Shown piece by piece: positions 1-15,849 of a stretch of DNA of 64,000 nt (its first letter is position 1; every line of letters begins with the position of its first letter). The notes under the pieces were generated by a model. That model worked only from the letters and a program-made list of their open reading frames with translations, was not told the DNA's origin and ran no database searches. Position numbers and translations under genes: made by a program. The stretch is from the human T2T-CHM13v2.0 reference genome, Homo sapiens: NCBI RefSeq assembly GCF_009914755.1, contig NC_060933.1; one strand, 5' to 3'.

Positions 1-99
1 GAATGGAACGAAAAGGAAGGGAATGGAATGGAATAGAATGGAATGGAATGGAATCAACGCGAGTGCAGGGGAATGGAATGGAATGGAATGCAATGGAAT

Positions 100-114
100 G
101 GAATCTTCCGGAAT
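100..114. promoter_or_regulatory. Perfect canonical heat-shock element nGAAnnTTCnnGAAn (first of ~24 copies of GGAATCTTCCGGAAT)
   Basis: gGAAt-cTTCc-gGAAt matches the three-unit HSF1 trimer consensus exactly. HSF1 binding to SatIII arrays is established, but binding at this site is inferred. Confidence 0.55.
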
Positions 115-1849
115 GGAATGGAATGGAATGGAATGGAATGGAATGGAATGGAATCAACCCGAGTGCAATGGAATGGAGTGGAATGCAATGGAATGGAATG
201 GAACAACCCGAATGGAATGGAATGTAATGGAGAGTAAGGGAGTTGAATAGAATGAATCCGAATGTAATGGATTGGAATGGAACGGAACGGAACGCAATGG
301 AATGGAATGGAATCGAATGGAATGGAATCAACTCGAGTGCAGGGGAATGGATTGGAATGGAATGCAATGGAATGGAATCTTCCGGAATGGAATGGAATGG
401 AATGGAATGGAATGAAATGCAATGGGTTCAACTCGATTGCAATGGAATGGAATAGAATGGAATGGAATGGAATGGAATGGAATTAATTCGAATAGAATGG
501 AATGGAATGTAATGGAACGGAATGGAACGGAATGGAATGGAATGGAATGGAATGGTATGGAACGGAATGGAATGGTACGGAATAGAATGGAATGGAACGA
601 ATTGTAATGGAATGGAATTGAATGGAATGGAATGGAATGGAATGGAATCAACGCGACTGCAGGGGAATGTAATGGAACGGAATGCAATGGAATGGAATCA
701 TCCGCAATGGAATGGAATGGAATGGAATGGAATGGAATCAACCCGAGTGCAATGGAATGGAGTGGAATGGAATGGAATGGAATGGAACAACCCGAATGGA
801 ATGGAATGTAATGGAGAGTAAGGGAGTTGAATAGAATCAATCCGAATGTAATGGAATGGAATGCAACGGAATGGAATGGAATGGAATGGAATGGAATGGA
901 ATTAACCCTAATAAAATGGAATGGAATGGAATGGAACGGAATGGAGTGGAATGGAATGGAATCAACCCGAGTGCAGGGGAATCTAATGGAATGGAATGCA
1001 ATGGAATGGTATCATCCGGAATGGAATGGAATGGAATGGAATGCAAAGCAATGGAATCAACTCGATTGCAATGGAATGGAATGGAATGGAAAGGAATACA
1101 TTGGAATCAACCCGAGTGTAATGGAATGGAAAGGACTGGAATGGAGTGGAATGGAATGGAATGGAATGGAATGGAATCAACTCGATTGGAATGGAATGGA
1201 ATGGAATGGAATGGAATTAACCCGAATACAATGGAATGGAATGGAATGGAACGGAACGGATTGGAATGGAATGGAATGGAATGGAATGGAATGGAATGGA
1301 ATCAACCCGACTGCAGGGGAATGGGATGGAATGGAAGGCAATGGAATGGATTCAACTTGAACGGAATGGAAAGAATGGAATCAACACGAGTGGAATGGCA
1401 TGGATTGGAATGGAATGGAATGGAATCAACCCGAGTACAGGGGAATGGAATGGAATGCAATGCAATGGAATGGAATCATCCGTAATGGAATGGAAAGGAA
1501 TGGAATGGAATGGAATGGAATGGAATGGAATGGAATCAACTCGATTTCAATCGAATGGAATGGAATGGAATTAACCCGAATAGAATGGAATGGAATGGAA
1601 TGGAACGGAACGGAACGGAATGGAACGGAACGGAGTGGAATGGAATGGAATGGAATTGTATGGAATGGAATGGCATGGTACGGAATAGAATGGAATGGAA
1701 AGAATTGGAATGGAATGGAATCGAATGGAATGGAATGGAATGGAATGGAATCAACCCGAGTACAGGGGAATGTAATGCAAAAGAATGCAATGGAATGGAA
1801 TCATCCGGAATGGAATGGAATGGAATGGAATGGAATGGAATGGAATGGA

Positions 1850-4800
1850 ATGGAATCAACCCGAGTGCAATGGAATGGAGTGGAATGGAATGGAATGGAA
1901 TGGAGTGGAATGGAATCGAATGGAATGGAACAACCCGAATGGAATGGAATGTAATGGAGAGTAAGGGAGTTGAATAGAATCACTCCGAATGTAATGGAAT
2001 GGAACGGAATGGAATGGAATGGAATGGAATGGAATGGAATGGAATGGAATGGAATGCAATGGAATGGAATCAACCCGAGTACAATGGAACGGAATGGAAT
2101 GTAATGGAATGGAATGGAATGGAATGGAATGGAATGGAATGGAATCAACCTGAGTGTAATGGAATGGAGAGGAATGGAATGGAATGGAATGGAAACTAAC
2201 CGAATGGAATGGAATGTAATGGAGCGTAAGGGAATTGAATAGAATCAATCCGAATGGAATGGAATGGAATGGAACGGAATGTAATGGAATGGAATGAAAT
2301 GGAATCAACCCGAGTGCAGGCGAATGGAATGGAATGGAATGCAATGGAATGGAATCATCCGGAATGGAATGGAATGGAATGCAATGGAATGGAATGGAAT
2401 GGAATCAACCCGAGTGCAATGGAATGGAGTGAAATGGAATGGAATGGAATGGAAACAACCAGAATGGATTGTAATATATTGGAGTGTAAGGGAATGGAAT
2501 AGAATCAATCTGAATGTAATGAAATGGAATGGAACGGAATGAAATGGAATGGAATGGAATGCAATGGAATGGAATCAACCAGAGTGCAATCGAATGGAAT
2601 CGAATGGAATGGAATGCAATGGAATGGATTCAACTTGAATGGAAAGGAAAGAATGGAATCAACACGAGTGGAATGGCATGGATTGGAATGGAATGGAATG
2701 GAATCAACCCGAGTACAGGGGAATGGAATGGAATGGAATGCAATAGAATGGAATCATCAGTAATGGAATGGAAAGGAATGGAAAGGACTGGAATGGAATG
2801 GAATGTAATGGAATGGAATGGAATCAACTCGATTGCAATCGAATGGTATGGAATGGAATGGAATCAACTCGATTGCAATCGAATGGAATGGAATGCAATT
2901 AACCCGAATAGAATGGAATGGAATGGTATGGACCGGAACGGAATGGAATGGAATGGAATGGAATGGAACGGAAAGGAATGGAATGGAATGGAATGGAATG
3001 GAATGGAATGGAATGGAATGGAATCAACGCGCGTGCAGGGGAATGGAATGGAATCGAATGGAATGGAAAGGAATGGAATGGAATCAACCCGAGTGCAGGG
3101 GAATGTAATGGAACGGAATGCAATGGAATGGAATCATCCGGAATGGAATGGAATGGAATCAACCCGAGTGCAATGGAATGGAGTGGAATGGAATGGAATG
3201 GAATGGAACAACCCGAATGGAATGGAATGTAATGGAGAGTAAGGGAGTTGAAAAGAATCAATCCGAATGTAATGGAATGGAATGGAACGGAATGGAATGG
3301 AATGGAATGCAATGGAATGGAATCAACCCGAGTAAAATGGAAAGGAATGGAATGGAATGGAATGGAATGGAATGGAATGGAATGCAATGGAATGGAATCT
3401 TCCGGAATGGAATGGAATGGAATGGAATGGAATGCAATGGATTCAACTAGATTGCAATGGAATGGAATAGAATGGAATGGAATGGAATGCAATGGAATGG
3501 AATTAAACCGAATAGAATGGAATGGAATGGAATGGAACGGAACAGAACGGAAAGGAACGGAACGGAGTGGAATGGAATGGAATGGAATTGTATGGAATGG
3601 AATGGAATGGTACGGAATAGAATGGAATGGAAAGAATTGGAATGGAATGGAATCGAATGGAATGGAATGGAATGGAATGGAATCAACCCGAGTGCAAGGG
3701 AATGTAATGGGACGGAATGCAATGGAATGGAATCATCCGGAATGGAATGGAATGGAATGGAATGGAATGGAATGGAATGGAATCAACCCGAGCGCAATGC
3801 AATGGAGTGGAATGGAATGGAATGGAATGGAACAACCCGAATGGAATGGAATGTAATGGAGAGTAAGGGAGTTGAATTGAATCAATCCGAATGTAATGGA
3901 ATGGAACGGAATGGAATGGAAGGGAATGGAATGGAATGGAATGGAATGGAATGGAATGCAATGGAATGGAATCAACCCGAGTACAAAGGAACGGAATGGA
4001 ATGTAATGTAATGGAATGGAATGGAATGGAATGGAATGGAATGGAATGGAATGGAATGGAATCAACCCGAGTGCAATGGAATGGAGAGGAATGGAATGGA
4101 ATGGAATGCAATGGAATGGAATCATCCGGAATGGAAACCAATGGAATGGAATGCAAAGCAATGGAATCAACTCGATTGCAATGGAATGGAATGGAATGGA
4201 AAGGAATACATTGGAATCAACCCGAGTGGAATGGAATGGAAAGGACTGGAATGGAGTGGAATGGAATGGAATGGAATGGAATGGAATCAAATCGATTGGA
4301 ATGGAATGGAATGGAATGGAATGGAATGGAATGGAATGGAATGGAATTAATCCGAATAGAATGGAATGGAATGGAATGGAACGGATCGGAATGGAATGGA
4401 ATGGAATGGAATGGAAGGGAATGGAATGGAATGGAAACAACCCGACTGCAGGGGAATGGAATGGAATGGAATGGAATGGAAGGACACGGAATAGAATGGA
4501 ATGGAACGAAATGGAATGGAATGGAATGGAATGGAATGGAATGGAATGGAATGGAATCGTTCCGAGTGGAATAGGAGGGAATGTATTCGAGTGGAATGGA
4601 AAGGAATGGAATCAACCAGAGTGGAATGTAAGGGAATGGAATGGAATGGAAACTAATAGAATGGAATCAACCCGAGTGGAATGGAATGGAAAGGACTGGA
4701 ATGGAATGGAATGGAATGGAATCAACTCGATTGTAATGGAATGGAATGGAATGGAATGGAATGGAATGGAATGGAATTAACCCGAATACAATGCAATGGA

Positions 4801-5720
4801 ATGGAATGGAACGGAATGGAGTGGAATGGAATGGAATCAACCCGAGTGCAGGGGAATGGAATGGAATGGAATGCAATGGAATGGAATCATCCGGAATGGA
4901 ATGGAATGGAATGGAATGCAAAGCAATGGAATCAACTCGATTGCAATGGAATGGAATGGAATGGAAAGGAATACATTGGAATCAACCCGAGTGGAATGGA
5001 ATGGAAAGGACTGGAATGGAGTGGAATGGAATGGAATGGAATGGAATGGAATCAACTCGATTGGAATGGAATGGAATGGAATGGAATGGAATGGAATGGA
5101 ATTAAACCGAATAGAATGGAATGGAATGGAATGGAACGGAACGGAACGGAATGGAATGGAATGGAATGGAATGGAATGGAATGGAAACAACCCGACAGCA
5201 GGGGAATGGAATGGAATGGAATGGAAACAACCCGACTGCAGGGGAATGGAATGGAATGGAATGCAAAGGAATGGATTCAACTTGAATGAAATGGAAAGAA
5301 TGGAATCAACACGAGTGGAATGGCATGGATTGGAATGGAATGGAATGGAATCAACCCGAGTACAGAGGAATGGAATGGAATGGAATGCAATGGAATGGAA
5401 TTATCCGTAATGGAATGGAAAGGAATGGAATGGAATGGAATGGAATGGAATGGAATGGAATCAACTCGATTGCAATCGAACGGAATGGAATGGAATTAAC
5501 CCGAATAGAATGGAATGGAATGGAATGGAATGGAACGGAACGGAATGGAATGGATTGGAATGGAATGGAATGGAATGGAATGGAACGGAAAGGAATGGAA
5601 TGGAATGGAATGGAATGGAATGGAATGGAATGGAATGGAATGGAATCAACGCGAGTGCAGGGCAATGGAATGGAATGGAATGCAATGGAATGGAATCTTC
5701 CGGAATGGAATGGAATGGAA
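1850..5720 (+). repeat. ~3.85-kb segment duplicated in direct orientation at ~55135-58950
   Basis: Shared rare variants in the same order: ATCACTCCG (~1981/~55237), GGAGCGTAAG, GCAGGCGAATGG, AATATATTGG, CATCAGTAATGG, CGCGCGTGC, GGGACGG, CGGATCGG, AGGACACGG, CCGACAGC, TACAGAGG, GCAGGGCAATGG. Offset ~53.23-53.26 kb. Confidence 0.9.
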
Positions 5721-8169
5721 TGGAATGGAATGGAATAAACCCGAGTGCAATGGAATGGAGTGAAATGGAATGGAATGGAATGGAACAACCCGAATGGAAT
5801 GGAATGTAATGGAGAGTAAGGGAGTTGAATAGAATCAATCCGAATGTAATGGAATGGAATGGAACGGAATGGAATGGAATGGAATGGAATGGAATGCAAT
5901 GGAATTGAATCAACCCGAGTACAATGGAATGGAATGGAATGGAATGGAATGGAATGGAATGGAATGATACGGAATAGAATGGAATGGAAAGAAATGGAAT
6001 GGAATGGAATGGAATGGAATGGAATGGAATCAACCCGAGTGCTGGGGAATGGAATGGAATGGAATGCAATGGAATGGAATCATCCGGAATGGAATGGAAT
6101 GGAATGGAATGCAAAGCAATGGAATCAACTCGATTGCAATGGAATGGAATGGAATGGAAAGGAATACATTGGAATCAACCCGAGTGGAATGGAATGGAAA
6201 GGACTGGAATGGACTGGAATGGAATGGAATGGAATGGAATCAACTCGATTGGAATGCAATGGAATGGAATGGAATGGAATTAACCCGAATAGAATGGAAT
6301 GGAATGGAATGGAACGGAACGGAACGGAATGGAATGGAATGGAATGGAATGGAAGGCAATGGAATAGATTCAACTTGAATGGAATGGAAAGAATGGAATC
6401 AACACGAGTGGAATGGCATGGATTGGAATGGAATGGAATGGAATCAACCCGAGTACAGGGGAATGGAATGGAATGGAATGCAATGGAATGGAATCATCCG
6501 TTATGGAATGGAAAGGAATGGAATGGAATGGAATGGAATGGAATGGAATGGAATGGAATGGAATCAACTCGATTGCAATCGAATGGAATGGAATGGAATT
6601 AACCCGAATAGAATGGAATGGAATGGAATGGAACGGAATGGAATGGAATGGAATGGAATGGAATGGAACGGAAAGGAATGGAATGGAATGGAATGGAATG
6701 GAATGGAATGGAATGGAATGGAATCAACGCGAGTGCAGGGGAATGGAATGGAATCGAATGGAATGGAAAGGAATGGAATGGAATCAACCCGAGTGCAGGG
6801 GAATGTAATGGAACGGAATGCAATGGAATGGAATCATCCGGAATGGAATGGAATGTAATGGAATGGTATCAACCCGAGTGCAATGGAATGGAGTGGAATG
6901 GAATGGAATGGAATGGAACAACCCGAATGGAATGGAATGTAATGGAGAGTAAGGGAGTTGAAAAGAATCAATCCGAATGTAATGGAATGAAATGGAACGG
7001 AATGGAATGGAATGGAATGGAATGGAATGGAATGGAATGCAATGGAATGGAATCAACCCAAGTACAATGGAATGGAATGGAATGGAATGGAATAGAATGG
7101 AATGGAATGCAATGGAATGGAATCTTCCGGAATGGAATGGAATGGAATGGAATGGAATGGAATGGAATGCAATGGATTCAACTCGATTGCAATGGAATGG
7201 AATAGAATGGAATGGAATGGAATGGAATGGAATGGAATGGAATTAAACCGAATACAATGGAATGGAATGGAATGGAATGGAATGGAACAGAACGGAACGG
7301 AACGGAACGGAGTGGAAAGGAATGGAATGGAATTGTATGCAATGGAATGGAATGGTAAGGAATAGAATGGAATGGAAAGAATTGGAATGGAATGGAATGG
7401 AATGGAATGGAATGGAATCAAACCAAGCGCAATGGAATGGAGTGGAATGGAATGGAATGGAATGGAACAACCCGAATGGAATGGAATGTAATGGAGAGTA
7501 AGGGAGTTGAACAGAATCAATCCGAATGTAATGGAATGGAACGGAATGGAATGGAATGGAATGGAATGGAATGGAATGGAATGCAATGGAATGGAATCAA
7601 CCCGAGTACAATGGAACGGAATGTAATTTAATGTAATGTCATGGAATGGAACGGAATGGAATGGAATTGAATCAACCCGAGTGCAATGGAATGGAGAGGA
7701 ATGAAATGGAATGGAATGGAAACTACCCGAATGGAATGGAATGTAATGGAGTGTAAGGGAATTGAATAGAATCAATCCGAATGGAATGGAATGGAATAGA
7801 ACGGAATGTAATGTAATGGAATGGAATGGAATCAACCCGAGTGCAGGGGAATGGAATGGAATGGAATGCAATGGAATGGAATTATCCGGAATGGAATGGA
7901 ATGGAATGCAATGGAATGGAATGGAATGGAATCAACCCGAGTGCAATGGAATGGAGTGAAATGGAATGGAATGGAATGGAGACAACCAGAATGGATTGGA
8001 ATATAATGGAGTGTAAGGGAATTGAATAGAATCAATCTGAATGTAATGAAATGGAATGGAACGGAATGGAATGGAATGGAACGGAATGGAATGGAATGGA
8101 ATGCAATGGAATGGAATCAACCCGAGTGCAATCGAATGGAATCGAATGGAATGGAACGCAATGGAATGG

Positions 8170-11100
8170 ATTCAACTTGAATGGAATGGAAAGAATGGAA
8201 TCAACACGAGTGGAATGGCATGGATTGGAATGGAATGGAATGGAATCAACCCGAGTATAGGGGAATGGAATGGAATGGAATTCAATGGAATGGAATGATC
8301 CGTAATGGAATGGAAAGGAATGGAATGGAATGGAATGGAATGGAATGGAATCAACTCGATTGCAATCGAATGGAATGGAATGGAATTAACCCGAATAGAA
8401 TGGAATGGAATGGAATGGAACGGAACGGAATGGAATGGAATGGAATGGAATGGAATGGAATGGAGTGGAACGGAAAGGAAGGGAATGGAATGGAATGGAA
8501 TGGAATGGCATGGAATGGAATCAACACGAGTGCAGGGGAATGGAATGGAATGGAATGGAATGGAATGGAATCTTCCGGAATGGAATGGAATGGAATGGAA
8601 TGGAATGGAATGGAATGGAATAAACCCGAGTGCAATGGAATGGAGTGGAATGGAATGGAATGGAATGGAACAACCCGAATGGAATGGAATGTAATGGAGA
8701 GTAAGGGAGTTGAATAGAATCAATCCGAATGTAATGGAATGGAATGGAACGCAATGGAATTGAATGGAATGGAATGGAATGCAATGGAATGGAATCAACC
8801 CGAGTGCAATGGAATGGAGAGGAATGGAAAGGAATGGAATGGAAACTACCCGAATGGAATGGAATGTAATGGAGTGTAAGGGAATTGAATAGAATCAATC
8901 CGAATGTAATGGAATGGTATGGAACGGAATGGAATGGAATGTAATGGAATGGAATGGAATGGAATGCAATGGAATGGAATCAACCCGAGTGCAATCGAAT
9001 GGAATCGAATGGAATGGAATGCAATGGAATGGATTCAACTTGAATGGAATGGAAAGAATGGAATCAACACGAGTGGAATGGCATGGATTGGAATGGAATA
9101 TAATGGAATCAACCCGAGTACAGGGGAATGGAATGGAATGGAATGCAATGGAATGGAATCATCCGTAATGGAATGGAAAGGAATGGAATGGAATGGAATG
9201 GAATGGAATGGAATGGAATCAACTCGATTGCAATCGAATGGAATGGAATGGAATTAACCCGAATAGAATGGAATGGTACGGAACGGAATGGAATGGAATG
9301 GAATGGAATGGAATGGAATGGAATGGAATGGAATCAACGCGAGTGCAGGGGAATGGAATGGAATGGAATGCAATGGAATGGAGTCTTCCGGAATGGAATG
9401 GAATGGAATGGAATTGAATGAAATGCAATGGATTCAACTCGATTGCAATGGAATGGAATAGAATGGAATGGAATGGAATGGAATGGAATTAATTCGAATA
9501 GAATGGAATGGAATGGAATGGAACGGAATGGAACGGAATGGAATGGAATGGAAGGGAATGGAATGGTATGGAATGGAATGGAATGGAATGGTACGGAATA
9601 GAATGGAATGGAACGAATTGTAATGGAATGGAATTGAATGGAATGGAATGGAATGGAATGGAATCAACGCGAGTGCAGGGGAATGTAATGGAACGGAATG
9701 CAATGGAATGGAATCATCCGGAATGGAATGGAATGGAATGGAATGGAATGGAATGGAATCAACCCGAGTGCAATGGAATGGAGTGGAATGGAATGGAATG
9801 GAATGGAACAACCCGAATGGAATGGAATGTAATGGAGAGTAAGGGAGTTGAATAGAATCAATCCGAATGTAATGGAATGGAATGCAACAGAATGGAATGG
9901 AATGGAATGGAATGGAATGCAATGGAATTGAATCAACCCGAGTACAATGGAATGGAATGGAATGGAATGGAATGGAATGGAATGGAATGATACGGAATAG
10001 AATGGAATGGAACGAAATGGAATGGAATGCAATGGAATGGAATGGAATGGAGTGGAATGGAATGGAATCGTTCCGAGTGGAATAGGAGGGAATGTATTCG
10101 AGTGGAATGGAAAGGAATGGAATCAACCAGAGTGGAATGGAAGGGAATGGAATGGAATGGAAACTAATAGAATGGAATCAACCCGAGAGGAATGGAATGG
10201 AAAGGACTGGAATGGCATGGAATGGAATGGAATGGAATGGAATGGATTTAACGCGAATACAATGCAATGGAATGGAATGGAACGGAATGGAGTGGAATGG
10301 AATGGAATCAACCCGAGTGCAGGGGAATGGAATGGAATGGAATGCAATGGAATGGAATCTTCCGGAATGGAATGGAATGGAATGGAATGGAATAGAATGG
10401 AATGGAATGGAATGGAATGGAATCAACTCGATTGGAATGGAATGGAATGGAAAGGAATGGAATGGAATGGAATTAACCCGAATAGAATGGAATGGAATGG
10501 AATGGAACGGAACGGAATGGAATGGAATGGAATGGAAACAACCAGACTGCAGGGGAATGGAATGGAATGGAATGCAATGGAATGGGTTCAACTTGAATGG
10601 AATGGAACGAATGGAATCAACACGAGTGGAATGGCATGGATTGGAATGGAATGGAATGGAATCAACCCGAGTACAGGGGAATGGAATGGAATGGAATGCA
10701 ATGGAATGGAATCATCCGTAATGGAATGGAAAGGAATGGAATGGAATGGAATGGAATGGAATGGAATGGAATGGAATCAACTCGATTGCAATCGAATGGA
10801 ATGGAATGGAATTAAACCGAATAGAATGGAATGGAATGGAATGGAACGGAACGGAACGGAATGGAATGGATTGGAATGGAATGGAATGGAATGGAATGGA
10901 ACGGAAAGGAATGGAATGGAATGGAATGGAATGGAATGGAATGGAATCAACGCGAGTGCAGGGGAATGGAATGGAATGGAATGCAATGGAATGGAATGCA
11001 ATGGAATGGAATGGAATGGAATGGAATGGAATGGAATGGAATGGAATCAACCCGAGTGCAATGGAATGGAGTGGAATGGAATGGAACAACCCGAATGGAA

Positions 11101-13000
11101 TGGAATGTAATGGAGAGTAAGGGAGTTGAATAGAATCAATCCGAATGTAATGGAATGGAATGGAACGGAATGGAATTGAATGGAATGGAATGGAATGCAA
11201 TGGAATGGAATCAACCCGAGTGCAATGGAATGGAGAGGAATGGAATGGAATGGAATGGAAACTACCCGAATGGAATGGAATGTAATGGAGTGTAAGGGAA
11301 TTGAATAGAATCAATCCGAAAGTAATGGAATGGAACGGAATGGAATGGAATGGAATGGAATGGAATGGAATGGAATGGAATGCAATGGAATGGAATCAAC
11401 CCGAGTGCAATCGAATGGAATCGAATGGAATGGAATGCAATGGAATGGATTCAACTTGAATGGAATGGAAAGAATGGAATCAACACGAGTGGAATGGCAT
11501 GGATTGGAATGGAATGGAATGGAATCAACCCGAATACAGGGGAATGGAATGGAATGGAATGCAATGGAATGGAATCATCCGTAATGGAATGGAAAGGAAT
11601 GGAATGGAATGGAATGGAATGGAATGGAATGGAATGGAATGGAATGGAATCAACTCGATTGCAATCGAATGGAATGGAATGGAATTAACCCGAATAGAAT
11701 GGAATGGAATGGAATGGAACGGAACGGAATGGAATGGAATGGAATGGAATGGAATGGAACGGAACGGAATGGAATGGAATGGAATGGAATGGAATGGAAT
11801 CAACGCGAGTGCAGGGGAATGGAATGGAATGGAATGCAATGGAATGGAATCTTCCGGAATGGAATGGAATGGAATGGAATGGAATGAAATGCAATGGATT
11901 CAACTCGATTGCAATGGAATGGAATAGAATGGAATGGAATGGAATGGAATGGAATTAATCCGAATAGAATGGAATGGAATGGAATGGAACGGAATGGAAC
12001 GGAATGGAATTGAATGGAATGGAATGGAATGGTATGGAATGGAATGGAATGGTAGGGAATAGAATGGAATGGAACGAATTGTAATGGAATGGAATTGAAT
12101 GGAATGGAATGGAATGGAATGGAATCAACGCGAGTGCAGGGGAATGTAATGGAACGGAATGCAATGGAATGGAATCATCCGGAATGGAATGGAATGGAAT
12201 GGAATGGAATGGAATCAACCCGAGTGCAATGGAATGGAGTGGAATGGAATGGAATGGAATGGAACAACCCGAATGGAATGGAATGTAATGGAGAGTAAGG
12301 GAGTTGAATAGAATCAATCCGAATGTAATGGAATGGAATGCAACGGAATGGAATGGAATGGAATGGAATGGAATGCAATGGAATTGAATCAACCCGAGTA
12401 CAATGGAATGGAATGGAATGGAATGGAATGGAATGGAATGGAATGGAATGGAATGGAATCGTTCCGAGTGGAATAGGAGGGAATGCATTCGAGTGGAATG
12501 GAAAGGAAAGGTATCAACCAGAGTGGAATGGAAGGGAATGGAATGGAATGGAAACTAATAGAATGGAATCAACCCAAGTGGAATGGAATGGAAAGGACTG
12601 GAATGGAATGGAATGGAATGGAATCAACTCGATTGTAATGGAATGGAATGGAATGGAATGCAATGGAATGGAATTAACCCGAATACAATGGAATGGAATG
12701 GAATGGAACGGAATGGAGTGGAATGGAATGGAATCAACCCGAGTGCAGGAGAATGGAATGGAATGGAATGCAATGGAATGGAATCATCCGGAATGGAATG
12801 GAAAGGAATGGAATGCAAAGCAATGGAATCAACTCGATTGCAATGGAATGAAATGGAATGGAAAGGAATACATTGGAATCAACCCGAGTGGAATGGAATG
12901 GAAAGGACTGGAATGGAGTGGAATGGAATGGAATGGAATGGAATGGAATCAACTCGATTGGAATGGAATGGAATGGAATGGAATGGAATTAACCCGAATA
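8170..13000 (+). repeat. Two tandem ~2.4-kb higher-order units, each starting with an ~0.86-kb subunit repeat
   Basis: TTCAACTTG anchors at 8171, 9034, 10587 and 11450 (spacings 863 and 2416). Module order is colinear thereafter. Confidence 0.75.
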
Positions 13001-15849
13001 GAATGGAATGGAATGGAATGGAACGGAACGGAATGGAATGGAATGGAATGGAATGGAATGGAATAAACCCGAGTGCAATGGAATGGAGTGGAATGTAATG
13101 GAATGGAATGGAACAACCCGAATGGAATGGAATGTAATGGAGAGTAAGGGAGTTGAATAGAATCAATCCGAATGTAATGGAATGGAATGGAACGGAATGG
13201 AATTGAATGGAATGGAATGGAATGGAATCAACCCGAGTGCAATGGAATGGAGAGGAATGGAATGGAATGGAATGGAAACTACCCGAATGGAATGGAATGT
13301 AATGGAGTGTAACGGAATTGAATAGAATCAATCCGAATGTAATGGAATGGAATGGAACGGAATGGAATGGAATGGAATGGAATGGAATCGAATGGAATGG
13401 AATGCAATGGAATGGAATCAACCCGAGTGCAATCGAATGGAATCGAATGGAATGGAATGCAATGGAATGGATTCAACTTGAATGGAATGGAAAGAATGGA
13501 ATCAACACGAGTGGAATGCCATGGATTGGAATGGAATGGAATGGAATCAACCCGAGTACAGGGGAATGGAATGGAATGGAATGCAATGGAATGGAATCAT
13601 CCGTAATGGAATGGAAAGGAATGCAATGGAATGGAATGGAATGGAATGGAATGGAATGGAATCAACTCGATTGCAATCGAATGGAATGGAATGGAATTAA
13701 CCCGAATAGAATGGAATGGAATGGAATGGAACGGAACGGAATGGAATGGAATGGAATGGAACGGTACGGAATGGAATGAGACGGAATGGAATGGAATGGA
13801 ATCAACGTGAGTGCAGGGGAATGGAATGGAATTAAATGCAATGGAATGGATTCAACTTGAATGGAATGGAAAGAATGGAATCAACACGAGTGGAATGGCA
13901 TGGATTGGAATGGAATGGAATGGAATCAACCCGAGTACATGGGAATGGAATGGAATGGAATGCAATGGAGTGGAATCATCCGTAATGGAATGGAAAGGAA
14001 TGGAATGGAATGGAATGGAATGGAATAGAATGGAATGGAATCAACTCGATTGCAATCGAATGGAATGGAATGGAATTAACCCGAGTAGAATGGAATGGAA
14101 TGGAATGGAACGGAACGGAACGGAATGGAATGGATTGGAATGGAATGGAATGGAATGGAATGGAACGGAAAGGAATGGAATGGAATGGAATGGAATGGAA
14201 TGGAATCAACGCGAGTTCAGGGGAATGGAATGGAATGGAATGCAATGGAATGGAATCTTCCGGAATGGAATGGAATGGAATGGAATGGAATGGAATGGAA
14301 TGGAATAAACCCGAGTGCAATGGAATGGAGTGGAATGGAATGGAATGGAATGGAACAACCCGAATGGAATGGAATGTAATGGAGAGTAAGGGAGTTGAAT
14401 AGAATCAATCCGAATGTAATGGAAAGGAATGGAACGGAATGGAATTGAATGGAATGGAATGGAATGGAATCAACCCGAGTGCAATGGAATGGAGAGGAAT
14501 GGAATGGAATGGAATGGAAACTACCCGAATGGAATGGAATGTAATGGAGTGTAAGGGAATTGAATAGAATCAATCCGAATGTAATGGAATGGAATGGAAC
14601 GGAATGGAATGGAATGGAATGGAATAGAATGGAATGGAATGCCTTCAAACCGAAAGGAATGGAAAGGAATGGAATCAGCACGAGTGGAATGGAATGGAAT
14701 GGAATGGAATGGAATGGAATGATACGGAATAGAATGGAATGCAACGAAATGGAATGGAATGGAATGGAATGGAATGGAATGGAATGGAATGGAATGGAAT
14801 CGTTCCGAGTGGAATAGGAGGGAACGTATTCGAGTGGAATGGAAAGGAATGGAATCAACCACAGTGGAATGGAAGGTAATGGAATGGAATGGAAACTAAT
14901 AGAATGGAATCAACCCGAGTGGAATGGAATGGAAAGGACTGGAATGGAAAGGAATGGAATGGAATGGAATGGAATGGAATGGAATGGAATGGAATGGAAT
15001 CAACGCGAGTGCAGGGGAATGGAATGGAATGGAATGGAATGGAATGGAATGGAATGGAATCAACCCGAGTGCAGGGGAATGTAATGGAACGGAATGCAAT
15101 GGAATGGAATCATCCGGAATGGAATGGAATGGAATGGAATGGAATCAACCCGAGTGCAATGGAATGGAGTGGAATGGAAAGGAATGGAATGGAACAACCC
15201 GAATGGAATGGAATGTAATGGAGAGTAAGGGAGTTGAAAAGAATCAATCCAAATGTAATGGAATGGAATGGAACGGAATGGAATGGAATGGAATGGAATG
15301 GAATGGAATGGAATGCAATGGAATGGAATCAACCCGAGTACAATGGAATGGAATGGAATGGAATGGAATGGAATGGAATGGAATGCAATGGAATGGAATC
15401 TTCCGGAATGGAATGGAATGGAATGGAATGGAATCGAATGCAATGGACTCAACTCGATTGCAATGGAATGGAATAGAATGGAATGGAATGGAATGGAATG
15501 GAATTAAACCGAATAGAATGGAATGGAATGGAATGGAACGGAACGGAATGGAACGGAACGGAGTGGAATGGAATGGAATGGAATTGTATGGAATGGAATG
15601 GAATGTTACGGAATAGAATGGAATGGAAAGAATTGGAATGGAATGGAATCGAAAGGAATGGAGTGGAATGGAATGGAATCAACCCGAGTGCAGGGGAATG
15701 TAATGGAACGGAATGCAATGGAATGGAATCATCCGGAATGGAATGGAATGGAATTGAATGGAATGGAATGGAATGGAATCAACCCGAGTGCAATGGAATG
15801 GAGTGGAATGGAATGGAATGGAATGGAACAACCCGAATGGAATGGAATG

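Noticed and set aside
240-265. AATCAATCC modules as DUX4 sites
   Set aside because: They do not match the full TAAYYYAATCA consensus.
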